Numbered from the stretch's first letter, positions 11,395-23,317 are shown. The stretch is DNA of 64,000 nucleotides from Octopus sinensis (GCF_006345805.1 NC_042997.1:167586001-167650000), one strand, 5' to 3'. The notes: generated by a model not told the origin, from the sequence alone. Numbers and translations: made by a program.

Positions 11395-11750
11395 TCTTTT
11401 ACTTGTGTCAGTCATTTGACTGTGACCATGCTAAAGCACCACCTTGAAGGGTTTTTAGTTGAACAAATTGACCCCAGAGCCTTTTTTTTAAGCCTAGTAC
11501 TTATTCTATCTTTTGCTGAACTGGGAAGTTATGAGGGTGTAAACACACTAATACCAATTATTGAGTGGCAATGTGGGGAGACAAACAAAGACACACATGC
11601 ATAGATATATACATATATACAATGGGCTTCTTTCAGTTTCCATCTACCAAATCCACTCACAAGGCTTTGGTCAGCCTGAGGCTATAGTAGAAGGCACTTG
11701 CCCAAGGTGCACCCCACCCCCCCGGGACTAAACACAGAACCATGTGGCTA
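11395..11750 (-). mobile_element. SINE type A (diverged), followed by a partial type H copy to about 11880
   Basis: Alignable by eye to the other type A and H copies. Confidence 0.7.
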
Positions 11751-12080
11751 CACAGCGGGCTAGCAATTTCTGGGGAGGAGGTATGTTGATTACATCGACT
11801 CCAGTACTCAGCTGGTACATATTTTATTGACCCTGAAGGATAAAAGGCAAAGTCGACCTCAACAGAATTTGAACTCAACATGTTTATGTATATTAACTAC
11901 AATAAATATAGGTTTATATAAAGAAACATATTTTGCCTGTGAAATTAATTGAACTTAGGAAGTATGAGTCAATGCAGCTCATTGTGTTACATGGAGTTTA
12001 CTACTGTAAGTCAAGAGGATTTAATTTTAGATAGGAAATGGTTTAATGATGACTAATTACTCGATGATTTTTTATACACA

Positions 12081-12464
12081 GCAGGAGTGGCTGTGTAGGT
12101 AAGAAGATTACTTCCTGACCATGAGGTTTTGGGTTCAGTCCCACTGTGTGGCACTTTGGATAAGTGCCTTCTACTTTAGCTCCAGGTCAACTAAAGCCTT
12201 GTGAAGAATTTGGTTCATGGAAACTGAAAGAAGCCTGTTTTGTATGTATGTGTGTGTGTTGTCATAGCATCATATAGTGATTGTAAAGAAGCATATTCAT
12301 TTTCAGTTGTCAGTAAAAAGTATGTTTGTCCATGGAAAACATTACTTTGCTTGGAAACAGCTAAGGATTAGAGACAAAAAGAGTATTTAGTCATAGAAAA
12401 ATCTCCCTCAACAAATTCTGCCTGACCCATGCTAACATGGAAAAGTGGATGTTAAATGATGATG
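12081..12464 (+). mobile_element. SINE type D, full length
   Basis: Head gcaggagtggctgtgtaggtaag; tail cccatgctaacatggaaaagtggatgttaaatgatgatg resembles the RTE 3' end. Confidence 0.75.
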
Positions 12465-12475
12465 AAGATAATGTT

Positions 12476-12707
12476 ATTTCTTTACTACCCACAAGGGGCT
12501 AAACACAGAGGGGACAAACAAGGACAGACGAATGGATTAAGTCGATTATATCGACCCCAGTGCATAACTGGTACTTATTTAATCGATCTCGAAAGGATGA
12601 AAGGCAAAGTCGACCTCGGCGGAATTTGAACTCAGAATGTAGCGGCAGACGAAATACCGCTAAGCATTTCGCCTGGCGTGCTAATGCTTCTGCCAGCTCG
12701 CTGCCTT
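12476..12707 (-). mobile_element. SINE type H with 16-bp TSD
   Basis: A box tggcagaagcattag and B box gagttcaaattcc on minus; tgatgaagataatgtt duplicated at 12460-12475 and 12708-12723. Confidence 0.85.
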
Positions 12708-13264
12708 TGATGAAGATAATGTTGATGACTTACATGATATATATACATGTTTGTGTGTGTATATATTATGATTTCACTTAGCCATAATGGTACCAGTAAC
12801 TAGTTATTAATGCTCAATATACTTATACCCCTCTTTATCAATAATGTTTAGCAGCACGGAGTCTTATATAAATCATCAGATCAGAACTGAAGACGCTATG
12901 TAAGGTTAAACTAGTACTCAACTCTAGCTGCACTGTTCCTTATAGCAGAAACAGCTTTAAACTAATGAAAGCAATTACCTAACTCCCCTTCTTTTGTCAA
13001 TGGTTCGCAGTTCAATGACTATTACAAGAGGGGGAAATATATAGCTATCTACTCTGAAAGTAAGGTCAATCACATAGCCATTAGATTTTTCCCTGCCATT
13101 ATCTTCATAATTATCATTATCATTTTAAAATCTACTTTCCTACTTTCTTATGCTTGCATTGATCATATGGAAGTCTTTGTGCATGTGTGTGTGTACATGC
13201 AAGTAAGCACATTGATGCAAAACAAGATGGAAGAAAATAGCACTAGAATACCAAAAGTAGAGTA

Positions 13265-13478
13265 ATATGCTTTTATTAAAGCTGCAAAATTATCACAAGA
13301 CTGTTACTCAGTTTCACATTCCCAGTTCTCAGACAGTTGTGATGAATGCTGAATTTAGAATTTCAGTTTTAAAATACAATTTTAATTCAGTATTCATCAC
13401 AACTGTTCAACAAACTGGAAAATGAAATTCTGAGTAACAGTTTTGTGATAATTTTGCAGCTTTAAAAAAAAAGCATAT
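13265..13478. mobile_element. Foldback MITE-like palindrome
   Basis: About 90-bp inverted arms starting atatgcttttattaaagctgcaaaattatcaca, short spacer, TA-rich flanks. Confidence 0.8.
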
Positions 13479-13500
13479 ATATATATATATATATAGGAGC

Positions 13501-13835
13501 AAGAGTGATTGTGTGGTAAGTAGCTTGCTTACCAACCACATGGTTCCAGGTTCAGTCCCACTGCATGGTACTTTGAGCAAGTGTCATCTACTATAGCCTT
13601 GGGTTGAGCAAAGCCTTGTGAGTGGATTTGGTAGGCAGAAACTGAATGAAGCCTGTCATTATATATATATATATATATATTGTGTGTGTCTGTGTTTGTT
13701 CCCCCACCATCGCTTAACAACCCAATGTTGGTGTGTTTACATCCCTGTAACTTAGCGGTTCAGCAAAAAAGACCAATAGAATAAGTACTAGCGGTGCTCC
13801 AGCATGGCTGCAGTCAAATGAGTGAAACAAATAAA
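13501..13835 (+). mobile_element. SINE type A
   Basis: Head and body match type A in plus orientation. Confidence 0.8.
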
Positions 13836-13899
13836 ATATATATATATATATATATATGGACACAATGACACACACACTGTCCTTATACAGCTGAGTGTG

Positions 13900-14215
13900 T
13901 CAATTCTTCCAACCATTCATTATTTGCAAGTAACTGATGAACATGATTTTCCTCATTCAAGAAACATGTCAGTTGACATTGAGAGCTGAAAAAAACTTGA
14001 GATAACTTCAGTGTTTTAAGCCATCTTACAATAGTATGGTACTACAAATCATTGTATTCAGTTTCTTCTATTTCTTCCAAAAATGTTTGTAATTCGTATT
14101 GATTGAGTGCATGCAATCAAATGAAATTCTCTGATGATACAACTGGTTATATCACTCAAGGTAGATTTAACTGTCTTCCACAAAGTTTCTGCCAATGAAT
14201 GATGTCCTGATATAC
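13900..14215 (-). mobile_element. hAT (SPIN/Buster-like) transposase remnant
   Basis: Minus-strand peptide NQYELQTFLEEIEETEYNDL*YHTIVRWL matches the hAT motif NHRQFQxFLxExxxEYGDLxYHTEVRWL. Confidence 0.7.
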
Positions 14216-14235
14216 CCCATACTGTCACAAGTTAC

Positions 14236-14452
14236 ACTCTCTTTTACTCGTTTCAGTCATTTGACTGCAGCCATGCTGGAGCACCAGCTTTAGTCGAGCA
14301 AATCGACCCCAGGACTTATTCTTTGTAAGCCTAGTACTTATTCTATCGGTCTCTTTTGCCGAACTGCTTAGTTACGGGAATGTAAACACACCAGCATCGG
14401 TTGTCAAGCGATGTTGGGGGGACAAATACAGATACACAAACATACACATACA

Positions 14453-14502
<50 letters not shown>

Positions 14503-14662
14503 TACGACAGGCTTCTTTCAGTTTCCGTCTACCAAATCCACTCACAAGTCTTTGGTTGGCCCGAGGCTATAGTAGAAGACATTTGCCCAAGGTACCACGC
14601 AGTGGGACTGAACACGGAACTATGTGGTTGATAAGCAAGCTACTTACTACACAGCCACTCCT
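14236..14662 (-). mobile_element. SINE type A
   Basis: Near-identical to 1341-1733. Confidence 0.85.
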
Positions 14663-15035
14663 ACGTCTATGTAGACTTTTCCAATAAAAGTTTTTCTGGC
14701 TGTATGGCTAAGAAACTTGCTTTCCGGCCACATGGTTTTGGATTCAGTATCACTGTATGGAACACTGAGCAAATGTCATCTACTATAGGACTAGGACAAC
14801 CAATGCCTTGTGAGTGAAATTGGTTGCTAGAAACTATATGGAAGCCTGTCATGTGTGTGTGTGTTTGCATTCAGTCCCCTCAGCTGGGAAAAATAATCCT
14901 GTGTTAAACCAGCATCCTGTCCAGGTGGAGAATATATATACCATTGAAACCAGGAAACCAGCCCTCATGAGCCTGGCATAACTCGAGAAGGAAACATTTT
15001 TTATCTATTTATTTATTTAGATATGTATGTATATA

Positions 15036-15233
15036 TGAGGGGATGCTGAAAATTTCCTGACTTAGGGTAAAAGAAAATATGATTTTATTCAACATATTCC
15101 CCTCTCAGATTCACACATTTATTGCATTGGTCTTTCAGGTTTTCTAAGCTGTGTAAAAGAATTTGGACAGTTGGGCCTCCAACCAGGCCTTTTGCAATAT
15201 CCTTAAACCCAGAAACTCCTCAGCACTCCCTCA
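15036..15233. mobile_element. Mariner-type MITE
   Basis: Ends tgaggggatgctgaaaatttcctg / cagaaactcctcagcactccctca are inverted; TA on both sides. Confidence 0.75.
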
Positions 15234-16192
15234 TATATATATATGTGTGTGTGTGTGTGTTTGTTTGTCTGCCCCCACTGCTTGATAGCTGGTATTGGTT
15301 TGTTTATGTTCCCATAATTTAGTAGTTCAGCAAATGTGACTGATAGAATTCTTTTATTCTGTTATTCTTTTACTTGTTTCAGTCATTTGACTGTGACCAT
15401 GCTGGAGCAATGTCCTGAAGGATTATAGTCAAATAATTTTACCTCAGGACTTATTATTTTTAAGCCTAGTACATATTCTATTGTTCTCTTTTGCTGTTTC
15501 CTGTAGGTTCATTATAGGTTCATTATTGATAGGTTTACTTATTTGGTCAATTGATCAGCTGGGAAAAATTGAAGGACCTAAAAAGTTAATGCTACTTTCC
15601 TCAGAGTCATTTCTGGCTATAACAAAGCAGAACTGAAGCAATGGTAGAGGCAATAAGAATTAGTGTAGGTAAGTGGAAGATAAAGAGGAAATGGGAAGAG
15701 AAGGAAAAAAAGGAAGATAGGAAGGAATAGAAATAATAATGGAGGGGATACATTCTATAGAACAAGGGGCAGAGGATGGCCAAAATTAAGAAAAGGACAG
15801 TCATAAAAACATTAATATTTGTAATTAGGTCATCACATACAAAAACATTTACATTGTTTTCAGGTCAGATACTTTCCAACTATTGTACACCTATCTATAA
15901 TGAACCTATAGTGACAACTGGAAACAGCTATAAGTCAAATTTACTACAATAAAGAAAATATGTCATGATCCTTATTTATGCCTTGTCTTGTATATCACTC
16001 TGTAAAAATCAGTATAACTGGAACACAACCACAGATTTACGATATAGAATGGTGATAAACTATAACTTTGGGCCCTGCCACATAAATACACAGATTTTTT
16101 TTTATTAATCTAAACAATATTGCCTGGTGTACTAACAGTGAGCTTATAAAGTATTTTGCACAGATCAATAATAACTATATATATATATATAC

Positions 16193-16509
16193 CATCATCA
16201 TCATTTAGTGTCTGCTTTCCATGGTTAGATGGTTTGACTGGAATAGGTAAACTAGAGGGCTGCACCAAGTTCTAGTTTGATTTGACATGGTTTCTACTCC
16301 TGGATGCCCTTCCTAATGCTAACGACTCCAAGAGTGTAATGGGTGCTTTTTATGTGTCACCAGCATGAGTGCTTTTATGTGCCACTGGCATTGGCCACAA
16401 ATATGATTTCACTTGGCTTGATGAGTCTTCTCAAACACAGTATATCGCCAACGGTCTCAGTCACTTATCATCACCTCTGTGAGGTCCAGTGTTTAAAGAT
16501 CATGCTATA
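16193..16509 (-). mobile_element. RTE 3' UTR copy (diverged)
   Basis: (CAT)n tail then the same 3' UTR sequence as other copies; abuts the Helitron. Confidence 0.65.
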
Positions 16510-16891
16510 TCTCTCTATATATAAAGCTGAAGTTGTCTGTGTATGGCAGGTTTGGTAGCCTTCAACTAACACTATCTCCTCCGCGGCCCTGCAGCTCAAG
16601 TTGACCAAAATTGAGAGTATGATAGAAGAAGGCTTGCGTAGAAGAAAAAATTCAAATCGGACCATGTTAACACCAAAAATTATTTACATCAAAAAAGTGC
16701 TTTTTTTCTATGAAAATCTCTATTTTTTATGATTTTTTTACTGTTGTGTCGCCATTTTTCGGTGTAGTTCAACCAGAAAAATGTTCACTTAAAGAGAATA
16801 ACAAGCTACATATTGCAAAATTTTTACTTTTCAAAAATTCCAATTCTAAAGGGTCGAAACAAACCCAAGCAACGCCAGGCGATACTGCTAG
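16510..16891 (+). mobile_element. Non-autonomous Helitron, 382 bp
   Basis: Starts TCTCTCTATATATAAAG after an A; ends cccaagcaacgccaggcgatactgCTAG before a T; no TSD. Confidence 0.85.
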
Positions 16892-16989
16892 TATATATAA
16901 AATATATACTGAGGCAACTTTTCTACATCCCAAATGTCCTTTATGTCATCAACCCTCACCTATTTCCAAATAAAGTAATTTGTGTGTAA

Positions 16990-17300
16990 TAAAGATAACA
17001 TTACAAAATGTCAGTTGTAAGTTGGTTGCTTATAATCTTTATCACATTTGCCATGATTAAAAGAAATGGTGAAATGGCACACCCAATCATAATGCATGTC
17101 TCTAGTACTTGCCTAATGACCATGAATTTCTTAATGGTAATTCACATGAATACTGAGCATTGGTGCCACCTACATTCTTTCAAACATTTCAAAATGCAGA
17201 TGAATCCAATGCTTTTATCAGCACATTGGGAATGGATCCATCTGTTTTTGCCAAAGAACCCGAATGTTCTTTCTTCTTTGCTTAACATACTGAATTGAAC
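16990..17300 (-). mobile_element. Decayed RT fragment, NeSL/HERO-like non-LTR element
   Basis: Minus-strand peptides LAKTDGSIPNVLIKAL and RQVLETCIMIGCAISPFLLIMANVI resemble RT motifs (AYGSIPH; GIxxGCTISxxLF). Confidence 0.5.
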
Positions 17301-17930
17301 CCCAAGTCATTTGAGCATGCTCACAGCAAACTGCAACTCCATATGTATATCATCATTATCATTGTTGTTGTTGTCATCATTTAATGTCTGTTTTCCATGC
17401 TGGCATGTTTTGGACGGTTTGACAGGAGCTGACCCAGTTGAAGGGCTGTTCAGGCTCCATGTCTGTTTTGGCTTGATTTCAATGACTGGATGCACTTACC
17501 AACACCAACCACACTACAGAGTGTACTGGGTGCTTGTATGCAACACTGGTACTGGTGCTTTTCATGTGTGTGTGTGTATATAACGTTTTCACGATTTATT
17601 TGGGATCAGAGGTATTTGTAAACCAAGGTACTACTGTATATATATAGATAGTAAAATAAGGATTCAGATAGAATCAGGTACTTGAAAAGATATGCACCAA
17701 GTTGGGTTTGATAAACCTGTGGTTCCAGCCTATGGTTCATAAGTATCAAATAGGACATTCCGGTTGTGTACACAGAGAAAACCAACCCTATGAGTATTTA
17801 GCACCGAGGGAATGGTCCAAATCAAGTATTACTTTAATAGTACATTGTTGGTATATTCTAGGGTGCCTGACAAGTCATAAATCCCCTTGGTGTATTTGAC
17901 AATTATCCATCATATGTTATTATTCGTTTG

Positions 17931-17970
<40 letters not shown>

Positions 17971-18686
17971 TGTGGTGTGTGTATGTGTCTGTTTGTCTCT
18001 CATCACTGCTTGACAACCAGTGTTGGTGTGTTTACATCCTCATAACCTAGCAGTTTGGCAAAAGAGACTGATAGAATAATTACCACACTTAAAAAGAAAA
18101 TAAGTACTGGGGTCAATTAGTTTAACTGAAATTCCTCCAAGGTGGTACTCCAGCATGGCCACAGTCTAATAGCTGAAACAAGTAAAAGATAAAAGAAAAA
18201 AGATGCAGATGATAAACATAAATATGACACCATGCTGAATAATACTGAAGTAAAGGTCTTATCTGCATATCCACTAGATGCTAGATTATGACAAATATAA
18301 GGAACTCTGTACATATCAGAAACACAGAATATGATAAACAGAATAAGAGAAATAGCAATGGCCTTCCAACCACCACTACCATCTCTAGATCCCAGGCATA
18401 CTTACTCACCTCTACTATACATATATACATGAGTGTGTGTGCATGTGTACACGTGCATGGATATTTTGTGCTGGTGTGTAATTGTATGAATACATACCCC
18501 AACTGACACACACATACACTTTTGCCAAAACAGGCATAAAGCCAAAAATTGTTTAGAGGGTTGTTCCTCCTTTTTTCAATGTCTGTCTTTGTTCCTCTGT
18601 TTGGAACAATAATTTTTATATACTAATAGGCATGTATGTTAGCAAGTATGGAAAATAATATAGAAAAATTAGCAATGACTAGGCAT

Positions 18687-18849
18687 AGGAGTGGCTGTGT
18701 GGTAAGTTGCTTGCTTACGAACCACATGGTTCCAGGTTCAATCCCACTGCGTGGCACATTGGGCAAGTGTCTTCTACTATAGCCTCGGCTGACCCAAGCC
18801 TTGTGAGTGGATTTGGTAGATGGAAACTGAAAGAAGCCCATCGTATATA

Positions 18850-18887
<38 letters not shown>
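18687..18887 (+). mobile_element. SINE type A head, interrupted in its (TA)n tract
   Basis: aggagtggctgtgtggtaag...aagaagcccatcg followed by the TA tract. Confidence 0.8.
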
Positions 18888-18890
<3 letters not shown>

Positions 18891-19100
18891 GTCCGAAGTC
18901 AGAATGCCATGATAGATCGTTAGCTTCTACATGCATTCTTTTTCTCTCCTTGTTTTTGTCTGTGTATCTTTCTGTCGAAGAGCGTAGGCTCGAAACGTAA
19001 AAGACTTGTTCTATTTCTATTCCTGAGTGCCATACTAATACATTTGTTTGTTTGTACTCCACCCGCCTTCGTCTTTTGTTTATTTTCGTAAACCTTCCCG

Positions 19101-19101
<1 letters not shown>
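18888..19101 (+). mobile_element. About 214-bp element embedded in (TA)n, probably Penelope-related
   Basis: Complex sequence bounded by (TA)n on both sides and carrying the hammerhead-like motif below. Confidence 0.55.
18967..19005 (+). ncRNA. Minimal type-I hammerhead-like motif with an A6U core
   Basis: TCTTT CTGTCGA A GAGC-GTAG-GCTC GAAA C GTA AAAGA: 5-bp stem I, 4-bp stem II, palindromic ACGT stem III. Confidence 0.55.
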
Positions 19102-19146
<45 letters not shown>

Positions 19147-19504
19147 GTATATATATGTGTATATACTGGTTAGACATGCAGGCTAACATTCCCCTGAAAT
19201 GGGATGTCAGTCTGTCACAGGGATACCCACTTACTACTGAGTGGACTGAAGCAATGTGAAATGAAGTGTTTTGCTCAAGATCACAATGTACTTCTTGGAT
19301 TCAAACCACAATTTTGTGATCATGTGTGTGACACCCTAATCTCTAGGTCACATGCTTTCATATATAAAAGCAAATATTAGTATATATACATATTTATCTA
19401 TGTATGCACATAAATGTTTGTAGGTGCATATATATATATATATATATATATATGTGGATGTTTGTGAATAAATACATATAGGTGTGGATAGATTGTTTAT
19501 ATAA

Positions 19505-19950
19505 GAATGATGACTGGCACCCGTGCCAGTGGAGCACTAAGAGCACCATCTGAGTGTGATTGCTGCCAGAGCAGCTGACTGGCTTCTGTGCCAGTGGCAC
19601 GTAAAAAGGAAAAAACATGATCGTTACCAGCATCGCCTTACTGGCACATGTAAAAAAACATTCGAGCAAGGTCATTGCCAGTGCCACTGGACTGGCTTCT
19701 GTGCAGGTGGCACGTAAAAACCATGACTTGAGCGTGGCTGCTGCCAGCATTGCCTGGCTAGCCCTCGTGCCAGTGGCACGTAAAAACACCCACTACACTC
19801 TCGGAGTGGTTGGCGTTAGGAAGGGCATCCAGCAGTAGAAACTCTGCCAGATCAGATTATAGCCTGGTGCATCCATCTGGTTCACCAATCCTCAGTCAAA
19901 TCGTCCAACCCATGCTAGCATGGAAAGCGGACGTTAAACGATGATGATGA
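19505..19950 (+). mobile_element. RTE-type 3' UTR variant with internal repeats
   Basis: Repeated gtgccagtggcacgtaaaaa units and the canonical tail to (GAT)n. Confidence 0.7.
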
Positions 19951-20719
19951 GGATAAGAAAGCTCTCGGCTATAGAACTGTAACCTATGTAGATACAATAA
20001 AACACTAAAATAAGTAACAAGCATGTGCACACAGACACATCTATTGTCACATGCATGTGCACACACACACACATACATAGACAATGACAAAACAAGACAG
20101 AAAAATTGAATAACATACACTCATACCTTCAGCATCACACACACACTCTCATTCACACACATTCCCCACAAGTATAAATATAAAATAACATTTAACAGAC
20201 CCAGTTTGAATTAATGTGTTAGCATTAGAGCTATGAGAGTATGTCATTTGTGAGGTTCCAAATGACAACAAAAGAACTTTGACAAACCAACTGACTGACC
20301 AGTTGATCTCATGATTAATCAAGCCATCATTTAATTAATTGGTTTATCAGTGAACTAGTTGACTTTTAATCATTAAAAGAAATGAAATAGAACCAGTGTC
20401 ACTGTTTTTTATTTGCCAAATGACCTTGCAAATATAACATATCTATTTCAACAAATGATTTCACATCAAGGATCTTATGAAATAACACAAAAATCAAATA
20501 TTTGTCTTGTATATCTCTGTGTGCAAAAACCAGTATAACTGGAACACAACTATGGATTCACAACATAGAATGGTGATGAACTATAACCTCAGACACTGCC
20601 ACAATAATCCGCTGTTCTTTACTTATCTAAACACTATTGTTAGCTTGGTGTACTCACAGAGAGTTTATAAAGTATTTTGCCCGGATTGATAATCCTTCAC
20701 TAATAACTCAAAAATTAAA

Positions 20720-21198
20720 TACATATGTGTGTGTGTAAGTAGAGATTTCAAACTTAAAATCTTCAAAGCCACAGTCAAACCAATTCTACTATATGGCTCA
20801 GAAACCTAGACGTTATCAAAGAAGCTTGAGAGGCTGTTGGATGGAACTTACACTCGCCTCCTTATGAGAGCTCAAAATCTCTCATGGAAGCGTCATCCAA
20901 CCAAAGTACAAATATATGGGAAACTACCACCTGTATCATCTCTTGTGAAAGGTAGAAGAGTTCAATTTGCTGGACATTGTTGTAGAGCTGAAAACGAGGT
21001 AATTTCTACTCTTCTCCTCTGGAAGCCATCTGCTCGCGATGCCAGAGGGCACACACTCTCCTACCCTGATGTAATCTCCAGGGATACAGGCATCCAGCAA
21101 GGGACCTCCGTAATGCTATGATGGACCGTGAAGTCTGGCATAACATAGTAAATTCCATTGTCTCAACCACGGTCGAACAATGAATGAATGAATGAAAA
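20720..21198 (+). mobile_element. 3' end of a second RTE-clade LINE family
   Basis: LDGTYTRLLMRAQNLSWKRHPTK..IYGKLP..RRVQFAGHCCR..LLLWKP is a typical RTE C-terminus; (TGAA)n tail at about 21180-21195. Confidence 0.8.
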
Positions 21199-21232
21199 TG
21201 GGTAGAAAAGTAACACATGAGTTGATATATAT

Positions 21233-21371
21233 AAGGAAAATAAGACAAGGTAGAAAATGCTAAAATTTTTTTATCATGAAGTAATAAAATAATTTTAAGA
21301 CTGAAACCGGTACTAAACTGTACTTCATGATAAAATTATTTTAGCATTTTCTACCTTATCTTATTTTCTTT
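21233..21371. repeat. Foldback palindrome
   Basis: 51-bp arms (21233-21283 / 21321-21371), 47/51 complementary, 37-nt spacer. Confidence 0.85.
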
Positions 21372-21745
21372 GTATTCTTCTACTTGTTTCAGTCATTTGA
21401 CTGCAGCCATGCTGGAGCACTGCCTTTAGTTGAACAAATCGACCCCGGGACTTATTCTTTGTAAGCCTAGTACTTATTCTATTGGTCTCTTTTGCTGAAC
21501 TGTTAAGTTACGGGGATGTAAACATACCAACATCAGTTGTCAAGCAATGGTGGGGGGACAAACACAGTCACACAAACATATGCACACACATATATGTATA
21601 TGACAGGCTTCTTTCAGTTTCTTTCTACCAAATCCACTCACAAGGCTTTGGTCAGCCCAAGGCTATAGTAGAAGATACTTGCCCAAGGTGCCACACAGTG
21701 GGACTGAACCTGGAACCATGTGGTTGGTAAGCAAGCTACTTATCA
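21372..21745 (-). mobile_element. SINE type A
   Basis: Matches the other type A copies. Confidence 0.8.
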
Positions 21746-22500
21746 TATATATATATGATATGACACGACACGACACTATGATTCAAACTTCAGGTTTTGT
21801 CCTCAAGGGCTTATTCAAACACTGAAATTTTTTTTTTTAAAATGGCTCACCTTATAACCATACATCAGACAATTTTTCACAAAATGTGGGTGTTAACTAA
21901 AGAAGGAAGGTCTGGTTGCTGGTCAACAAAATCAATACTGTGATTGGAAATCATAGAAAAGAAAACAGATTAAGAGTCAAAGGTACAAAAAAAAACAAAA
22001 GGCAGAGGAGGAACATACTTACGAGGATTAGGGGTGGGCATAAACAGGAAAAACAAAGGGTGGTACTTTATTATTAGTGAAATGGAGAAGTAGAATGCAG
22101 TGGTCAGTATGTAGGGAGGCAAGTAAAAATATGAAGAATCGTCAGAAAAACTGATTTTATTTGAGATAAGAAATAGTGATTTAAGGAACACTTTTACAGG
22201 AAATCTGGTTTGTATATCTATACAACAGACATGCATGCACATACACACACACACATTTTTCAGCTCAATGTAGAGCACAGCCTAGTGTTCTCCTTATGGG
22301 TCATGTATCACATAGAGAAAATTGTAATTCTGGAAGTACAAGCTCAATACTTTAGGTGGCTCTTTTGACTCAGACCATCAGTAGTAGCTAGTGGAAGTTA
22401 GTTGAATGTTGAGCGCTGTGTCAGTCCTCAGCTCTGCATCTCCTACTTATCATTCTCGTCATATTAAATGCAGGATTATGTATTATAATGTGTGTGTGTG

Positions 22501-22757
22501 TATATATATATATATATAAATTAGAAAAAAAACACCTTTTATCATTTAAATAATGAAAAATTAACTTATACCATTTAGAAAAATTACATATTATATATGT
22601 TTTACTTATTATTTTGCACATTATGTAATCATCGTTATATGTTTTATCGTATATTTAATCTTTTTATAATATGTAATTTTTCTAAATTGTTTAATTTAAT
22701 TTTTCATTATTGAATTGATAAATGGTGTTTTTTTTCTAATTTATATATATATATATA
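22501..22757. repeat. AT-rich foldback element in (TA)n
   Basis: About 95-bp inverted arms (aattagaaaaaaaacacc... / ...ggtgtttttttttctaatt). Confidence 0.75.
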
Positions 22758-22831
22758 TTATATTTTGTGAAATTTGATTTAGTATTTCTAAATTGAATTT
22801 TTCCCTGTAAGTTTGGAATAATATTCCCTCG

Positions 22832-22866
<35 letters not shown>

Positions 22867-23317
22867 TAATGTTTCTTTGGTGTATGTTCAATCAGTTATA
22901 TAGTTGGCATGTATTGGAGTTCAATTTGAATGGTCAGGAGAAGTAAGTATTACCTAGCATTATAGAACTAAAGTTGGATCCTTTGTTTTCAGCTATATAA
23001 ATTTCAAATGCACTTTTCATTCTCTTTCAGCTGGTAGCAAACACACAATAGGTTTCATTTAATGATTAAAACCTGAGAAAAGTAAACTATTCTTTATATG
23101 TCAGTGTGTGTGTTAAAATAAGGCTATCATTTTAAAGCATGTTTAAGATTAACAACGGAATATTTAGTGATTGTGTAACACTATACTTGAGAGGAGGGTC
23201 AAATTTATTGTGAAGACCCAGGTAATTTGATCTTTAGTGTGTGTGTGTATTCATATATATATAAATGTATGTGTGTGTCTACATATGTACAGGTGTATGT
23301 GTACATGTGTATAAGCA

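Noticed and set aside
12887-12916. CTGAAGA...AAACTAGTA, resembling a Penelope hammerhead
   Set aside because: G12 is missing, stem II is poor and no stem I pairing is found
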